From the NCBI GenBank assembly GCA_050250255.1, contig JBFWOZ010000005.1, positions 24,434 through 88,433 on the forward strand: a stretch of 64,000 nucleotides of DNA, written 5' to 3'. A program made the translations under genes and the position numbers. Source of the stretch: Bdellovibrionales bacterium (GTDB lineage Bacteria > Bdellovibrionota > Bdellovibrionia > Bdellovibrionales > DASUEL01). Positions 62,537 to 64,000 of the stretch are shown here, piece after piece (within the stretch, counting starts at the first letter, position 1; each line of letters begins with the position of its first letter). A model generated the notes under the pieces. It was not told where the DNA came from. It searched no databases and saw nothing but the letters and a program-made list of their open reading frames with translations.

Positions 62537-62984
62537 GAGTCACTCCCGCTCGCATAGATCTTGGTACATGCACGAGATCTATAACGAGATTTTTTGTTTG
62601 GAATTCGGGGTACACAAAGTTTTTAGCAAAACCTAAAGATTCCGTAGGACAATTGGTCACGCAAATTCCACACATCACACAGCTATTGTAATCCACTTTA
62701 AAGCTTTCAATCTCTCGCTCAAACGGAACACCCTTCGATGTGCTCGGACGACGAATGCTCGAAGAATACTCAAAACCTTGAATTTGGATCGCATTCATTG
62801 GGCAGATCGCTTCGCACTTAAGACATCCCGTACATTCTTTGAAATTATTTTTGATACTCGCACGGGCCGCGCCAGGAAGAGACTTCACCACAAAAGGGTA
62901 CTCCACCGTAAATGGCGGAATTAAAAAAGTTCGGTAAATATGGCCGAACAAAAATCTGAGATGGTTAATTAATAACTTCCACAT
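62514..62984 (-). CDS. NuoI-like 2x[4Fe-4S] ferredoxin subunit
   Basis: 156 aa. TVEYPF N-terminal block and two cluster motifs, CTGCLKCEAICP and CVMCGICVTNCP. Confidence 0.85.
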   Translation of the reverse strand: MWKLLINHLRFLFGHIYRTFLIPPFTVEYPFVVKSLPGAARASIKNNFKECTGCLKCEAICPMNAIQIQGFEYSSSIRRPSTSKGVPFEREIESFKVDYNSCVMCGICVTNCPTESLGFAKNFVYPEFQTKNLVIDLVHVPRSMRAGVTHEVPLSP

Positions 62985-64000
62985 AGGTCCGACTGTCCAA
63001 ACTCGATGCCAAGGCTTGCAACGGCAAGCTCATAATCATCGACGTAAAGGTCTACACACAGTTTTTCAACGATTCCTACCATTCTCATCGAATGGCTTGT
63101 GAGCCGCAATTGATTTTCGCAAGAAGTCCCATACAGAGGTCCAGATCCTGACTCCACACCCACATTCCAATAACCTGCGGGAGCAACAAGCTTTGGATCT
63201 ACATCTACGCGTACAGGGCCCTCAACAATTTTATCTAAGCAGAATTCTAGAATTTCCAGAGATTGGCGAATTTGAAAAAAGACGGAACGTACCCGAGTCA
63301 CACCGTCCCCTTGAACTTCACGAAACATTTTAGCTTCAAACCAATCGGTCGTACTTTGATAATCAAAATAATGAAGATCACATTTATCATAAACGCCGTA
63401 GGGAGCATGAATACGCAAATCATGCTTCAATCCTGAAGCTTGCCCCAGTGGACCTAAAAAGGCGTAAGCAACCGCTTGTTCTTGCGTTAAAGGAAGTAGA
63501 CCTACAAGTCTTTGTAAAACAAGCTGGTCTCTGGAGAGATCTTTAAAATAAAGTCTCAATTCGTATTCTAGGTTACGAATTAGGCTCTTCATCTTTTTTC
63601 TTTCTCCAATAGAAAGATCACGATCAATTCCGCCAATACAAAAAGTTTGGGGAAGAATGCGTGAGCCAGTGAGAAACTCTTGTCCTTCAAAAATTTGCTC
63701 ACGCAGTCGATAAAGTTGCTGCGTACGAATAGGGTCATCAATCGCTTTAAAGATACGGATCAGATATTGAAAACACCATGCGAGTCTTTGAACTTCCGCA
63801 TAAATCGTTCGGAGATACTCTGCTCGTTCAGGGACTTGGATTTTGTGAGCTTTTTCAAGGGCCGCCGCAAGCACCCACTCAGAGGAAATCGCTTCAAAAG
63901 GTGAAAACCGATCCGCCCACTTGACAGACATCGCAATAGGCATGCGGTCCAATGTTTTCCATAGCGGTCTGTTCTCTGATCCCCAGGAAATTTCTACGCT
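62969..64000 (-). CDS. NuoD / [NiFe]-hydrogenase large-subunit-like protein (5' end outside the window)
   Basis: The frame stays open to base 64000; the TTG start in the track is an artefact of the window edge. It aligns by eye with Nqo4/NuoD blocks (VPERAEYLRTIYAEVQRL, TGSRILPQTFCIGGIDRDL, ...GIEFGQSDL). The C-terminus lacks a CxxC motif. Confidence 0.85.
   Translation of the reverse strand, partial: SVEISWGSENRPLWKTLDRMPIAMSVKWADRFSPFEAISSEWVLAAALEKAHKIQVPERAEYLRTIYAEVQRLAWCFQYLIRIFKAIDDPIRTQQLYRLREQIFEGQEFLTGSRILPQTFCIGGIDRDLSIGERKKMKSLIRNLEYELRLYFKDLSRDQLVLQRLVGLLPLTQEQAVAYAFLGPLGQASGLKHDLRIHAPYGVYDKCDLHYFDYQSTTDWFEAKMFREVQGDGVTRVRSVFFQIRQSLEILEFCLDKIVEGPVRVDVDPKLVAPAGYWNVGVESGSGPLYGTSCENQLRLTSHSMRMVGIVEKLCVDLYVDDYELAVASLGIEFGQSDLCGSY

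Noticed and set aside
63950-63952. TTG start codon given by the ORF track for the NuoD-like gene
   Set aside because: The frame continues without a stop to base 64000, and the upstream residues (..ENRPLWKTLDR..) still align with NuoD. The gene is truncated by the window.

Overview
The window is a 64-kb chromosomal segment of a Gram-negative bacterium. The gene content and the many exported orphan proteins would fit a Bdellovibrio-like lineage, but I cannot verify this without a database search.

- **1-16.4 kb (minus strand):** the conserved translation/transcription cluster: fusA (partial), rpsG, rpsL, rpoC, rpoB, rplL, rplJ, rplA, rplK, nusG, secE, tRNA-Trp, rpmG, tuf, and a tRNA Thr-Gly-Tyr-Thr array.
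- **16.5-26 kb:** housekeeping genes: rlmB, pyrF, proS, an NtrY/NtrX-like two-component pair and ribE-ribBA-ribH.
- **26-36 kb:** a 5'-nucleotidase, a pair of exported paralogs, an esterase, clpB and an alpha/beta hydrolase.
- **36-45 kb (accessory-looking):** a flagellin gene, several exported orphan proteins (one with a degenerate Fic-like motif), a stand-alone HNH endonuclease gene bracketed by direct repeats, and a Lys/Ala-repeat protein with an acidic tail.
- **45-61 kb:** a sensor-less sigma-54 activator, xerC, gmhB, a FecR-domain protein paired with a TPR/beta-barrel protein, a transporter, recO, mgtE and a small polysaccharide cluster (ugd, uxs, a priming transferase, GT4).
- **61.5-64 kb:** a NuoD-like/NuoI-like/unknown operon that runs off the window.

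I found no CRISPR array, rRNA gene or transposase. All calls come from reading the sequence and ORF translations by eye, with no searches run.

The candidates I consider most worth follow-up are the NuoD-like/NuoI-like operon, the FecR-domain plus TPR/beta-barrel gene pair, the paralog pair carrying a pseudo-subtilase domain, and the repeat-bracketed HNH cassette.
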